This document shows positions 1 to 8,421 of a stretch of DNA of 64,000 bases, in pieces. The notes beneath the pieces were generated by a model that saw nothing but the letters and a program-made list of their open reading frames with translations, did no database searches and was not told where the DNA came from. Each line of letters opens with the position of its first letter. Positions within the stretch are counted from its first letter, which is position 1. Location of the stretch: assembly GCA_038060895.1 (NCBI GenBank), contig JBBTCT010000024.1, forward strand, positions 96,001 to 160,000, read 5' to 3'. Made by a program: the position numbers and the translations under genes. This stretch comes from Planctomycetota bacterium (GTDB taxonomy: Bacteria; Planctomycetota; MHYJ01; WSZJ01).

Positions 1-377
1 ACCCGCGCCTCGTCCAGTTCACGGTCGCTGCGCAGCACGTCCCCCCGAAAGTGGATCGCGTGCGGCTTCGCCCCGGGCGTCCGCACCAGCGCGTAAAACC
101 GCTTCGAGTCCCCGAATTTCTCCAGCTGCCCCGCCTCCCACGGCAGCGCGGCCACATGGTCGATCATCGCCTGCGGCATGCGCAGCAATTCGACCGAGGC
201 GTCGATCGCGGGGTCGTGGGGGTCGAGCCCGACGAAGTAACGCTCCACGAGGAACGCCCGCACTGCTTCCGGAATCTCAACGGTCCTCGCGGCCGGCGCG
301 GGTTTTTCGCCGTCCTCGGGAGAAGCGCACGAGGTGAGCCAAACGGCGATGCAGGTCATGGCGAGGTATCGGCGCAA
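1..377 (-). CDS. putative lipoprotein, runs off the window edge (partial)
   Basis: Manual translation from TTG 377: MRRYLAMTCIAVWLTSCASPEDGEK... with lipobox LTSC; frame open to the window edge; TAGAAT 8 nt upstream. Confidence 0.6.
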   Translation of the reverse strand, partial: MRRYLAMTCIAVWLTSCASPEDGEKPAPAARTVEIPEAVRAFLVERYFVGLDPHDPAIDASVELLRMPQAMIDHVAALPWEAGQLEKFGDSKRFYALVRTPGAKPHAIHFRGDVLRSDRELDEAR

Positions 378-430
378 GGCGAACGATTCTACGGCGCGAA
401 CCGGAGAAGGGCGGACATTTCAAGCCGCCG

Positions 431-525
431 ATTCCGTGTCCCTCCGTCCCTCCGTGATCTCCGTGTCCGGCCGTCTTTTCTGTAAGGCCTGACACTGAAT
501 TTACGGAGGGACTGAAACCCGCGGA
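431..525. repeat. nonamer-built (CTCCGTG/CACGGAG) inverted repeat element, copy 1 (right arm degenerate)
   Basis: ATTCCGTGTCCCTCCGTCCCTCCGTGATCTCCGTGT matches the left arms at 29398 and 56857. Confidence 0.7.
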
Positions 526-560
526 GAAAACGGCGTCCGCGGCAGAAATCAGAATCGCTA

Positions 561-1865
561 TCACCTTCCTGGACCCGGCGCCGCCCGCTCGATCGCAACG
601 GCCGCCGCGAGCAGCGCCTCGTCGTCCCCGAACGAGCCGATTAACTGGAGCCCGACCGGAAGCCCGCCGACCGTCCCCCACGGCACGCTCACGCACGGCA
701 ACCCCGCAAAGGACCACGGGGCGGTCGTCGAGCCCGATCCGGTGCGCCCCCCCACTAACGGTGCGGGGCCGGGCTGGCTGGGGGACAGCAGGACGTCGAT
801 CCCTGCGCGTCGGAGCGCTTCGCTGATCTCTCCGCGAAGCACGAGCCCGGCCTCGCGAGCGATGGCGACGTCGGTGTCCGCAATCCTCCGTCCGGTTTCG
901 ACGCCGAGGCGGGAAGCGCGGCGGTAGAGCGGCGCATGGCGATCGAAGAGGCGCGCGTGGCTCTGCGCGAATTCGCCGTGCAGGAGCGCCATGCAGTCCT
1001 TGTAGATCTTCTCCAGCCGCGAGTCCCACCAGGAATCGAATGCGACAACCTCGAATTGCCGTCGCAGGTCTTCGACCGCGGCCCTGAATGGCTCGAGCCA
1101 GCCCTCGGCGGGGAGATCCATCAGGTACCGGCCCTCGGGCACGCCTAGCCGGAGCTTCCGCGGCGCGACCTCACGCCAGTCCTTCACCAGCGCCGCCGCC
1201 GCGATCGCAAGCCCGGCCGCGTCGTCCGCGAGGAAGCCGACGACGTCCATCGAAGGAGCGAGCGGAAAGACGCCGTGGAGCGGCAGACGCCCGTGCGACG
1301 GCTTGAACCCGGCGACCCCGCAATACGCCGCCGGCGCGATGATCGAACGGCTCGTCTGCGTCCCGATCCCCAGCGGACACATCCCCGCCGCCACCGCCGC
1401 CGCGCTCCCCGCGCTCGACCCGCCCGGCGACCTCGTCAGGTCGCGCGGATTGCGCGTCTCCGGCGGATCGGCGTACGCGAACTCGTCCGTCGCCGTCTTT
1501 CCGAGGATCACGGCGCCCGCATGGCGCAGTTGCATGACCACGATCGCTTCTGACCCGGCAAATTCTTCCGGCGGAAGCGCCGACCCGGCGCGCGTGGGAA
1601 GTCCGTTCACATTGAAGAGGTCCTTCACGCCCACCGGCACGCCGAAAAGCGCCGGCCGCTCCCCCGCGTCAGTCCACCGTTTCTCCACCTCGCGCGCCTC
1701 CGCCATCACCCGCGCTTCCCGCCCCGGCTCCTCCAGGAACGCCCGCACTTCCCCATCTCGCTCCGCCATCCGCGCAAGACACGCCGCCGCCGCCTCACCC
1801 GGCGTGATTCCGCCCGAGCGAAGCAACCCGAGAAGCGCCGTCAGCGATCCGGTCGGAGCACTCAT
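561..1865 (-). CDS. amidase signature family protein
   Basis: GVPVGVKD, GKTATDEFA, PGGSSAGSAAAVAAG, GTQTSRSI and GLPVGLQL motifs. Confidence 0.93.
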   Translation of the reverse strand: MSAPTGSLTALLGLLRSGGITPGEAAAACLARMAERDGEVRAFLEEPGREARVMAEAREVEKRWTDAGERPALFGVPVGVKDLFNVNGLPTRAGSALPPEEFAGSEAIVVMQLRHAGAVILGKTATDEFAYADPPETRNPRDLTRSPGGSSAGSAAAVAAGMCPLGIGTQTSRSIIAPAAYCGVAGFKPSHGRLPLHGVFPLAPSMDVVGFLADDAAGLAIAAAALVKDWREVAPRKLRLGVPEGRYLMDLPAEGWLEPFRAAVEDLRRQFEVVAFDSWWDSRLEKIYKDCMALLHGEFAQSHARLFDRHAPLYRRASRLGVETGRRIADTDVAIAREAGLVLRGEISEALRRAGIDVLLSPSQPGPAPLVGGRTGSGSTTAPWSFAGLPCVSVPWGTVGGLPVGLQLIGSFGDDEALLAAAVAIERAAPGPGR

Positions 1866-1927
1866 TGCATCGAAAGCATAGCTCCGCTTCCTATAATCAG
1901 TGTGTCGCGAAACCCAAGGGGGGACCC

Positions 1928-2377
1928 ATGCGCAAATCGATCGGTGACCTGGTCAAGAGCCGCAAGACGTTGTTCGCCAAGCCCGGCGATTCGGTGCTCG
2001 CCGTGATGAAGCGCCTGAAGACCGCGAACGTCGGCGCCGCGCCAGTCGTGAAGGACGGCGTGCTGGTGGGGATCTTCACGGAGCGCGACCTGCTCAAGCG
2101 CGTCGTGGCCGCCGGCAAGAATCCGAAGACGCTGGCGATTTCGAAAGTCATGACGAAAAAACCGGTGACCGCGATCCCTCACCTGTCGGTGCTCGAGGGC
2201 CTCGAGGTGATGCGGCAGCACAAGTGCCGCCACCTGCCGCTCGTCGAAGGCGGGAAACTGCTCGGCATGGTCTCGCAGCGCGACATCATCACCGCGATCC
2301 TCGAGATGAAGAACGAGGAGATCGACGACCTCAAGCAGCTGCTGGACCTGCTGCCGATTGAGCCGGGGGTGGGGTAA
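1928..2377 (+). CDS. CBS domain pair protein
   Basis: LVGIFTERDLL and HLPLVEGGKLLGMVSQRDI; ATG 1928 after AAGGGGGG RBS. Confidence 0.92.
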   Translation: MRKSIGDLVKSRKTLFAKPGDSVLAVMKRLKTANVGAAPVVKDGVLVGIFTERDLLKRVVAAGKNPKTLAISKVMTKKPVTAIPHLSVLEGLEVMRQHKCRHLPLVEGGKLLGMVSQRDIITAILEMKNEEIDDLKQLLDLLPIEPGVG

Positions 2378-2468
2378 GGAAGCGGGCGAGCGGGCAAGCG
2401 GTCGAGTGCGCTCGAAGGCCACGGCCTGAGGCTCGGCAGGACTCCGCAAGCAGCGCTATTATGCTCCG

Positions 2469-2657
2469 ATGAGGCGGAAAGCCAGCACTCGCAGAACGTC
2501 CTCGCTTCGGCCGGGGTGGCACGAGTTCATGGACCCCTACGTGCAGGTCTGGCGATCGCTCGCGCCGTTCGAGCGCCTCCGCCGTTCGTGGCGTCTCCGA
2601 ACGCGGCTGAAGAACCCGTTGGCTATCCACGATGCGAAGACTTTTCCGAAGCTTTGA
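2469..2657 (+). CDS. small protein, probable partner of the downstream nucleotidyltransferase
   Basis: 62 aa; VWRSLAPFERLRRSWRL motif typical of small genes preceding MNT genes; overlaps next start; TATTAT 6 nt upstream. Confidence 0.55.
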   Translation: MRRKASTRRTSSLRPGWHEFMDPYVQVWRSLAPFERLRRSWRLRTRLKNPLAIHDAKTFPKL

Positions 2658-3100
2658 ACGCCTCGCTGTCGACTACCTGCTCATCAGCGGCCAGGCCTCC
2701 GTGCTTTACGGCGCCGCGACCTTTTCTGAAGATGTCGATCTCCGGGTCGCTCCGGCTTCAGCAAACATCTTCCGGCTGAAGCGCGCGAAATCAGGTGCGA
2801 CTGGGGACGGCTTCCTGTCGTCTCCATCGAAACTCTCGTCGAGATGAAAAAGACGCAGCGACCGTCGGACTACGAGACCATCACGAACCTCGCGCAGATT
2901 CGCGTGGACGAGTCGCCCGAAGTCCGTCGCGTCCTCACCTGGGCTTCCTGAAATACGTTCCGGGCGGAGGCCCGCGCGCAGACCCTCGCTCTTCTCGGAA
3001 AGACTGTCAGTGTTGCGTCGTGCTCCCGGCAAATCAGCAGGGAGATGGCCGCGCTTCAGCGCAAGGACATCACTTACTGGCGACTCAGGCGACATGCGCT
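2632..3100 (+). pseudogene. Pol-beta-like minimal nucleotidyltransferase, disrupted
   Basis: YLLISGQASVLYGAATFSEDVDL N-terminus; C-terminal LPVVSIETLVEMKKTQRPSDY lies in another frame followed by an in-frame TGA, implying internal deletion plus frameshift. Confidence 0.7.
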
Positions 3101-3223
3101 TCGCCGTCTTCACCGTGAGGGAAAACTCGAGCCCCTCGGCGCGCCCGTCACTCCTTGAAGTCCGCGCTTCCGTTTGTCGTTGACGCTCCCCTGTCACTTC
3201 CCTAGGATTCCGCTCCCGTTGTT

Positions 3224-3297
3224 GGGGGCGTAGCTCAATTGGCTAGAGCATCGGATTGTCGATCCGAAGGTTGCGGGTTCGACCCCCGTCGCCCTCG
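3224..3297 (+). tRNA. tRNA-Asp (GTC), CCA not encoded
   Basis: Cloverleaf: acceptor GGGGGCG/CGCCCTC, D arm GCTC/GAGC, anticodon arm TCGGA-TTGTCGA-TCCGA, T arm GCGGG-TTCGACC-CCCGT, discriminator G. Confidence 0.95.
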
Positions 3298-3303
3298 TCG
3301 TTC

Positions 3304-3340
3304 CAAGCCGCGATAACCTCGCGGCTTGTGTCGTTTCTGG
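3304..3340 (+). terminator. hairpin downstream of tRNA
   Basis: CAAGCCGCGA-TAACC-TCGCGGCTTG followed by TGTCGTTTCT. Confidence 0.6.
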
Positions 3341-3368
3341 TCCATGCCGTCTCCGGGCCAATAGTGCG

Positions 3369-3392
3369 TTGGCTGCCCACTAGGTAGCCCAC
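3369..3392. repeat. putative integrase arm-type sites (left)
   Basis: TTGGCTGCCCACTAGGTAGCCCAC, 22/24 identical to 9633-9656. Confidence 0.7.
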
Positions 3393-3409
3393 CGAGGGAG
3401 AAAACCGCT

Positions 3410-4561
3410 TCATCGCGCCCCCTCGGTGCCGGTCGCAGGCTTCGCGTTGACGGACAGGGAGAAGACCCGCGCCAGCCCGCCGATTGCCGCACGCTGCGAT
3501 TCGGGAGTCAGGTGCGCGTACTTCATGCTTGTCTGCGCGTTGCCGTGGCCAAGGATGCGCCCGGCGTCGAGAAGCGGGATTCCGGCTGCGACCATGAAAC
3601 TCATGGCGCTATGGCGAAGATCGTGCAGGCGCAGCACCCTGCGCTTCTCTTCGGGAATCTGCTTCGCGTGCTTCACGGCGTAGGCGAACGCCCTGCGCAC
3701 CGTGGTTGCAGTCTCTGCACGGCCTGAATGCTGCACGAAGACCGGCGCGGTGGGCAGCGGCAGGGCCTTGGCCTGCTTCTCCGCGAGGGCCACGTACAGG
3801 TCCGGGTGAAGCGGAATCGACCGGGTCCGCTTCGTTTTCGCGTTCGTCGCCTGCACGGTCAGAACGTGGTCCGCTAGGGAGACGTCACCCCACCGCAGGC
3901 GGATCAACTCGCTTCGACGGCAGCCCGTGGTCAGGGCCGCGAGGAAGAATGCCCGGAAGCGGTCGGGCGAGTAGTCGAGCAGCGAAGCGGCTTCGTGCGG
4001 TGCAAGGAACGTCTCCCGTGCGCGCCCGGCTTCGGAGAAGCGCCGGATGTTGTCGAGCGGATTCGCGTCTACGAAGCCCGCTTCCTTTGCCCACGTGAAG
4101 ACCGAAGAAGCGGCAGCCAAGTAGCGGTTTGCCGTGGAGACTGCGACGCCAGCCCGGAGTCTCTCATCAAGCCACACGCGAACCTGGGCTGTCTCGATGC
4201 GTGCAAGGTGGTGGGAAGCCCACGGCGTATTGGTCAGGATGCGAAGCAGGGACTTCAGGTTTACCAGCGTGCTGGCCCGCTTCGAACCGGCGGCGACTTC
4301 GAGGTAGAGCGTGGCGGCCTTGGCGAAGTCCATCTGCGCCCCGTTGTCGTCCTCGAAGATCGTGGCCAGCGCGTCCCGCAGCGTGACGTTGCGCGCGTGC
4401 AGGGCGTGCAGCCCGGACAGCTTTTCCAGCGCGTGCGCCTTGGTCGGCCCGGCGTATCGGCACAAGCGCCGATCCGTTCCTTTCCAGCGGAAGCGAACGA
4501 AGTAGCCCTCGCGTTCCGGGCGACGGCAGACATTTCCGAAATTGCGCTTGGCCACGATCAC
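3410..4561 (-). CDS. int: tyrosine recombinase/integrase
   Basis: TGCRRSEL, TKTKR, HDLRH, LGH and YAH catalytic motifs intact. Confidence 0.95.
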   Translation of the reverse strand: MIVAKRNFGNVCRRPEREGYFVRFRWKGTDRRLCRYAGPTKAHALEKLSGLHALHARNVTLRDALATIFEDDNGAQMDFAKAATLYLEVAAGSKRASTLVNLKSLLRILTNTPWASHHLARIETAQVRVWLDERLRAGVAVSTANRYLAAASSVFTWAKEAGFVDANPLDNIRRFSEAGRARETFLAPHEAASLLDYSPDRFRAFFLAALTTGCRRSELIRLRWGDVSLADHVLTVQATNAKTKRTRSIPLHPDLYVALAEKQAKALPLPTAPVFVQHSGRAETATTVRRAFAYAVKHAKQIPEEKRRVLRLHDLRHSAMSFMVAAGIPLLDAGRILGHGNAQTSMKYAHLTPESQRAAIGGLARVFSLSVNAKPATGTEGAR

Positions 4562-4728
4562 TCTCCCTTTCCGGCGGTCGGCCCGCCCTTGCCCTTCGCC
4601 CTCGCGTCGAGTGCGGCTTCGACGAGCAGGCGAAGCAGGTCAGAAACCTTCCGCTTGTCCCTCATCGCTTCGTCTTCGAGACGGCGGCGCAGGTCAGCGG
4701 ACAGTCGAACGGTCAAGGTGCTGCCCAT
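4558..4728 (-). CDS. ribbon-helix-helix (CopG-like) regulator
   Basis: STLTVRLSADLRRRLEDEAMRDKRKVSDLLRLLVE; GGAGGG RBS; GTGA overlap with int. Confidence 0.8.
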   Translation of the reverse strand: MGSTLTVRLSADLRRRLEDEAMRDKRKVSDLLRLLVEAALDARAKGKGGPTAGKGE

Positions 4729-4750
4729 CGGTCTAGCCCTCCGTGTTGGG

Positions 4751-4794
4751 TGTCTCATGCAAGACATTGTAAGACAAAGTCCCGCATGAGTCAA
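4751..4794 (-). promoter_or_regulatory. sigma70-type promoter of the RHH-int operon with overlapping repeats
   Basis: Minus strand TTGACT-17 bp-TACAAT (4794-4766); TGTCT/AGACA repeats at 4751, 4762 and 4772. Confidence 0.7.
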
Positions 4795-5044
4795 TCCCCT
4801 GTTCGGAATTCGCGCGAATCCCGCGCTGCCGGTCCCGGTCGGCCTCCCGGTCGGCAGCGGTGGGGATCGGCGGTCCTGCGTGAACGTCGCGCAAGCCGGG
4901 GGCGGGAGGGGGCGAAGTCACGAATAGATGCATTTCCCGCGCAGGTCCCATGGCGGTCTGTATACCTATTCGCCACCACCCTGTTCTCCGGGCGTGCCAC
5001 GCTGCTATCGTTCAAGGTCTACCCCTTCCTGAAGGAGTCGAGTC

Positions 5045-5398
5045 ATGGACAAGTGGAAAATCGACGTTCGCCTTGCCGTTATCCCCGCTGTGTTCGGAAT
5101 CGGGTGCCTTGTCGGATCGCTGTGGCCCAGGTCGGAGGCTAGGGCGGAAGGCGGGGCGGACAGCGGCAAGTACCTGCTTTTCAATGGGACGTACCTCGGC
5201 TCCGAGGAGAAGACTGTCGATCCGGAAGCAGCTTCCGTAAAACTGAAGCAGTACACATCGCTGTTTCGCTTGAACACGGAGACTGGTGAGACGATGGAGT
5301 ACTCCGATGGTCTGAGGTTCACGGACGGAAGCTACATTCCCACGCATTGGTCCGGCCCGGTCGAGGATGAATTAAGGCTGGTCAGGCCTCCGAAGTAG
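5045..5398 (+). CDS. hypothetical membrane-anchored/exported protein (island cargo)
   Basis: AAGGAG upstream; N-terminal hydrophobic segment; only plus-strand gene in the island. Confidence 0.65.
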   Translation: MDKWKIDVRLAVIPAVFGIGCLVGSLWPRSEARAEGGADSGKYLLFNGTYLGSEEKTVDPEAASVKLKQYTSLFRLNTETGETMEYSDGLRFTDGSYIPTHWSGPVEDELRLVRPPK

Positions 5399-5406
5399 TA
5401 GGCACG

Positions 5407-5634
5407 TCACACCCGTCCACCCTTCCCTCCGGGATCGGGTTTCCGGTACGCGCGGTATCCCTGCGCAAGTTTCTCGCGTCTCAACTTCTCTAGCTCAACG
5501 AGCGGAATTCGAAGCGTTCGCCCCCACCTGTGGGACGGAAGCTCCCCGGACCGAACCATCCGGTAAACGGTCACGATGGACAGGTCTAGCAATCGCGCTA
5601 CCGTTCGCAGGCTGCCGTCGATTTGACCGGACAT
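5407..5634 (-). CDS. excisionase-like helix-turn-helix (HTH_17) protein
   Basis: VARLLDLSIVTVYRMVRSGELPSHRWGRTLRIP; AAGGAG RBS. Confidence 0.85.
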   Translation of the reverse strand: MSGQIDGSLRTVARLLDLSIVTVYRMVRSGELPSHRWGRTLRIPLVELEKLRREKLAQGYRAYRKPDPGGKGGRV

Positions 5635-5645
5635 GACGAGACTCC

Positions 5646-6086
5646 TTAGGAAGAGAAAGGGACGATTCCAGCGGTGCTTCGTTCCGTTTTGCACGGGTAA
5701 CAGACATCGCAAGTCAGGAAGCCCCCGGCATCCCGGTACAGGCAGCGGCCCATCCCCCGGTCCTCCGCACGCCCGCAGTTCCAGCAGGTCGAGGTACAGG
5801 CGGCCCGCCGATCCAGCTCGCTTGTCGCCTCCGCGATCCACGCCAGCACTTCGGGGGAATCGACTACGGTCTCGGAGGGCGTTGTTGCGGCATTCACGGG
5901 CGGCGTTGCGGGGGCGTTGCGCTGCCCGTTGCGCGAGAGAACGGCAAGCGCCATAGAGCGAATGTCGAGGTCGTTGCGCTCCGGGTGCGTTGGCGGTTGC
6001 GCAAACACCCCTGCGTGTTGCGTGTTGCGTTCACTAGTACGCGCAGCGCGCAACACCTTGTCCGGCTTGGCAGGATCGGGGGTCAT
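5646..6086 (-). CDS. hypothetical protein with C-terminal Cys cluster (possible Zn finger)
   Basis: ATGA overlap with primase stop; CWNC...CDVC. Confidence 0.6.
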   Translation of the reverse strand: MTPDPAKPDKVLRAARTSERNTQHAGVFAQPPTHPERNDLDIRSMALAVLSRNGQRNAPATPPVNAATTPSETVVDSPEVLAWIAEATSELDRRAACTSTCWNCGRAEDRGMGRCLYRDAGGFLTCDVCYPCKTERSTAGIVPFSS

Positions 6087-7837
6087 AGCTTGCCGTCCTT
6101 CTTCGCCTGCCGCAGGAATCGAGAGACGTTGGACGGGTCCCTGCCCACGATCCCGGCAATCTCTCGAATGCCGCAGCCTTCCTTCTTCAGCGCAATTGCT
6201 TCGTCGTGCCACGCCGTCTCGCAGTCCTTGGTGGAGCAGCGCAGGATGCCGTCCGAACCGGTTTCAAGGCGGGCTTCGAAGGGTGCGACCGCGTCGCCCC
6301 GGACCCCGCGCGCCTTCTCGAAGTGAACCTCGAAGCGGCTACCCTCCGAGGGCGAGTAGTCAGAGGGGTGGCGCAGGGAGAGGACCAAGTTCACGACGTC
6401 TTCGCGCTTCGACGTCCCGCGCTGCTTCCCGCCCTTCCCCGCGTGATGGACCATGAACACGGTGATCCCCCTGCGGCGCAGCTTCAGGATGTAGGTCTGC
6501 ATGGCGTCCCACGATTCGCTGTCGTTCTCGGGGCCGCCGTTGGCCAGCGTGGAGAGGTTGTCGATGAAGACCACATCCACATCCTTCAGGTGAGGTTCAA
6601 GCAGCGCCTGTCCCTCGAAGGTCGCAAGGTTCGGGGTGCCGGACTCCTGAAGGTCAGGCGTGACAATCTTGAAGAAGTCCGGGTCCGGCTGCGCCTCCAT
6701 GCCCGCGAGGATGGCGGCAACCCGGTGCTGCACATCTTCCGCAGCCATTTCCCCGTCAACGAAGAGAACCCGGCGGGGCTTCCGGGCGATCCAACGAAGC
6801 ACGCGACCGCCGCAGGCGATGCCGCAGGCGAGTAGCAGCGCAAGCCAGGTCTTCGAGACTCCACGCCAGCCATACGCCAGCACCAAGTCCTTGGCGCGGA
6901 GGATGGCGTCGCCCTTCTCCGTTTCGAGGATGGCTTCGCGCGGCTGAAGTGTCTTCGCCAGAAACTCGCGCGCATTCAGCACGGTCAGGCTGCGCGCAGG
7001 TGAAGAAGTCTCAGTCGAACCTGCGGGATAGCGGCAGATGCTCTTCGCAATATCCGCGAGTTCCTGTTCACCGACCGGCTCTTCGAGACGTTCGACGGTG
7101 TTGACAACTCGCAGCGCAGCGAGGATTTCTGCCTCCGTGAATCCCCGCCTGCGGAAGGACCCTGCGATGCTGGCCAGCCAATGATTCCGCTCCCCGATCT
7201 TGATCTTCTCCGGCAGCACGGGTGCTGGCCCTGTCTTCGCCCCGTGGCCATTTCGACCGAGGACCACATCGAGGACTTTTTCGTGCGCAGCCGCGATCTT
7301 CACTTCTCCCGGCCTGCTACTGGCCTCCCATTCGTAGTTTCGCCCCGAACGATGCGCCGCAGGTGTGACGATGATGTATCCGCCGTCTCCCCGAATGTCG
7401 ATGCCCGGCAGGATGCCCACCTTCGACGGCACGGAGACCCCCTCCGGCATTCCGAGGAGGAAGTGTCGCCCGCCGCCGCCGGTCAGGGCCTGCACGGTGT
7501 CTGGCCACGGGGCCAGATTTTTCAGCGTCTCGAAGCTGTCGTCTCCACCGTGGCCGGGATCGACGTCCACGACGAAGAAGCCGGACGGCGCGCCGGTAGC
7601 GACGGCGGGATTGGCGTCCGGCCAACGATCCCACCACGCCTTGATGATGACGTCGTCCTTCGTGCCGTCGAGGAAGCCGCGAGGTACGCGGGGGTGCTTC
7701 CCCGGTGAATGACAGTCGGCATCGCCGCAGGTGCAGCGCCCTGCTTCGTCTATGGAATGGCAGGGGAAGACGGACCATCCGTAGTGCTTCGCGTACCAAC
7801 GGGCCGCTTCACCGCGTTTGCTCTGCTTCGAGTTCAT
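6083..7837 (-). CDS. bifunctional primase/polymerase (Prim-Pol) + PriCT + RepA/AAA_25 helicase + C-terminal HTH
   Basis: GWSVFPC..CTCG..C.SPGKHP, VVDVD, GIDIRGDGGYII, GERN, Walker A-like GWRGVSKT, FIDNLS, HHAGK..QRGTS. Confidence 0.9.
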   Translation of the reverse strand: MNSKQSKRGEAARWYAKHYGWSVFPCHSIDEAGRCTCGDADCHSPGKHPRVPRGFLDGTKDDVIIKAWWDRWPDANPAVATGAPSGFFVVDVDPGHGGDDSFETLKNLAPWPDTVQALTGGGGRHFLLGMPEGVSVPSKVGILPGIDIRGDGGYIIVTPAAHRSGRNYEWEASSRPGEVKIAAAHEKVLDVVLGRNGHGAKTGPAPVLPEKIKIGERNHWLASIAGSFRRRGFTEAEILAALRVVNTVERLEEPVGEQELADIAKSICRYPAGSTETSSPARSLTVLNAREFLAKTLQPREAILETEKGDAILRAKDLVLAYGWRGVSKTWLALLLACGIACGGRVLRWIARKPRRVLFVDGEMAAEDVQHRVAAILAGMEAQPDPDFFKIVTPDLQESGTPNLATFEGQALLEPHLKDVDVVFIDNLSTLANGGPENDSESWDAMQTYILKLRRRGITVFMVHHAGKGGKQRGTSKREDVVNLVLSLRHPSDYSPSEGSRFEVHFEKARGVRGDAVAPFEARLETGSDGILRCSTKDCETAWHDEAIALKKEGCGIREIAGIVGRDPSNVSRFLRQAKKDGKL

Positions 7838-8046
7838 CTCGGGGAGTCCTGAATCATGGCGAAAACGAGGGCGAGAAGATCGACGGCAGGATGCCTGCCG
7901 AGGATGACGATGGATTCGCGCAGCTGCGGGTGTCGGGCGACAGCGGCATAGACAGCCGCGCGCGGCCCTCCGGCACGGAGAGACCCGAGGGAGAGGAACC
8001 GCATGGCCCGGTCCGAACGCGCGCTTCGAGGAAGCCGGGGTATCAC
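7834..8046 (-). CDS. small hypothetical protein
   Basis: 4-bp stop/start overlaps with both neighbours. Confidence 0.5.
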   Translation of the reverse strand: MIPRLPRSARSDRAMRFLSLGSLRAGGPRAAVYAAVARHPQLRESIVILGRHPAVDLLALVFAMIQDSPR

Positions 8047-8360
8047 TTCCCACCCCCCTTCAGGAACCGGGGCTTTCGGCGGAGTTCTGCGAGTAGCGCG
8101 TCATTCGGGTGCGGCGGAAGCGGGCGCGGATCGGGTCGCGGCGGTGGCGACTGCGCCCGCGAATCGAGGGCAGCCCGCAGGTCGGCGGCCCTGCACGCAA
8201 GCCTGCGCCCCACGCGAATCAGCGGCACGCCAAGTCGGCGCAGCGCCTTGGGAGCGGATTCGGCGTCGATGTCCAGAATCACCCCTACGTCGTCCATCAA
8301 GGGGTATTCGGGCCACGATGCCCTTCTCACTTCGATGCTGTACTTGCCTTTGGTGTCCAT
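8043..8360 (-). CDS. putative winged-HTH/AlpA-like DNA-binding protein
   Basis: DDVGVILDI...LGVPLIRVGRRLACRAADL resembles excisionase/AlpA wing. Confidence 0.55.
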   Translation of the reverse strand: MDTKGKYSIEVRRASWPEYPLMDDVGVILDIDAESAPKALRRLGVPLIRVGRRLACRAADLRAALDSRAQSPPPRPDPRPLPPHPNDALLAELRRKPRFLKGGGK

Positions 8361-8421
8361 ATTCGACCAAGGGGGTACAGCCGCCCGCAGATTCGGAAGA
8401 AAATCGGAATTCCCTAAGCTC

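Noticed and set aside
561-1865. gatA assignment
   Set aside because: No gatB/gatC adjacent and sequence fits a generic amidase
5215-5224. TGTCGATCCG matches part of the att core
   Set aside because: Only 10 bp, inside a coding region; chance match likely
7838-8053. N-terminal extension of the primase ORF
   Set aside because: Overlaps the coupled small ORF; the Prim-Pol domain begins after ATG 7837
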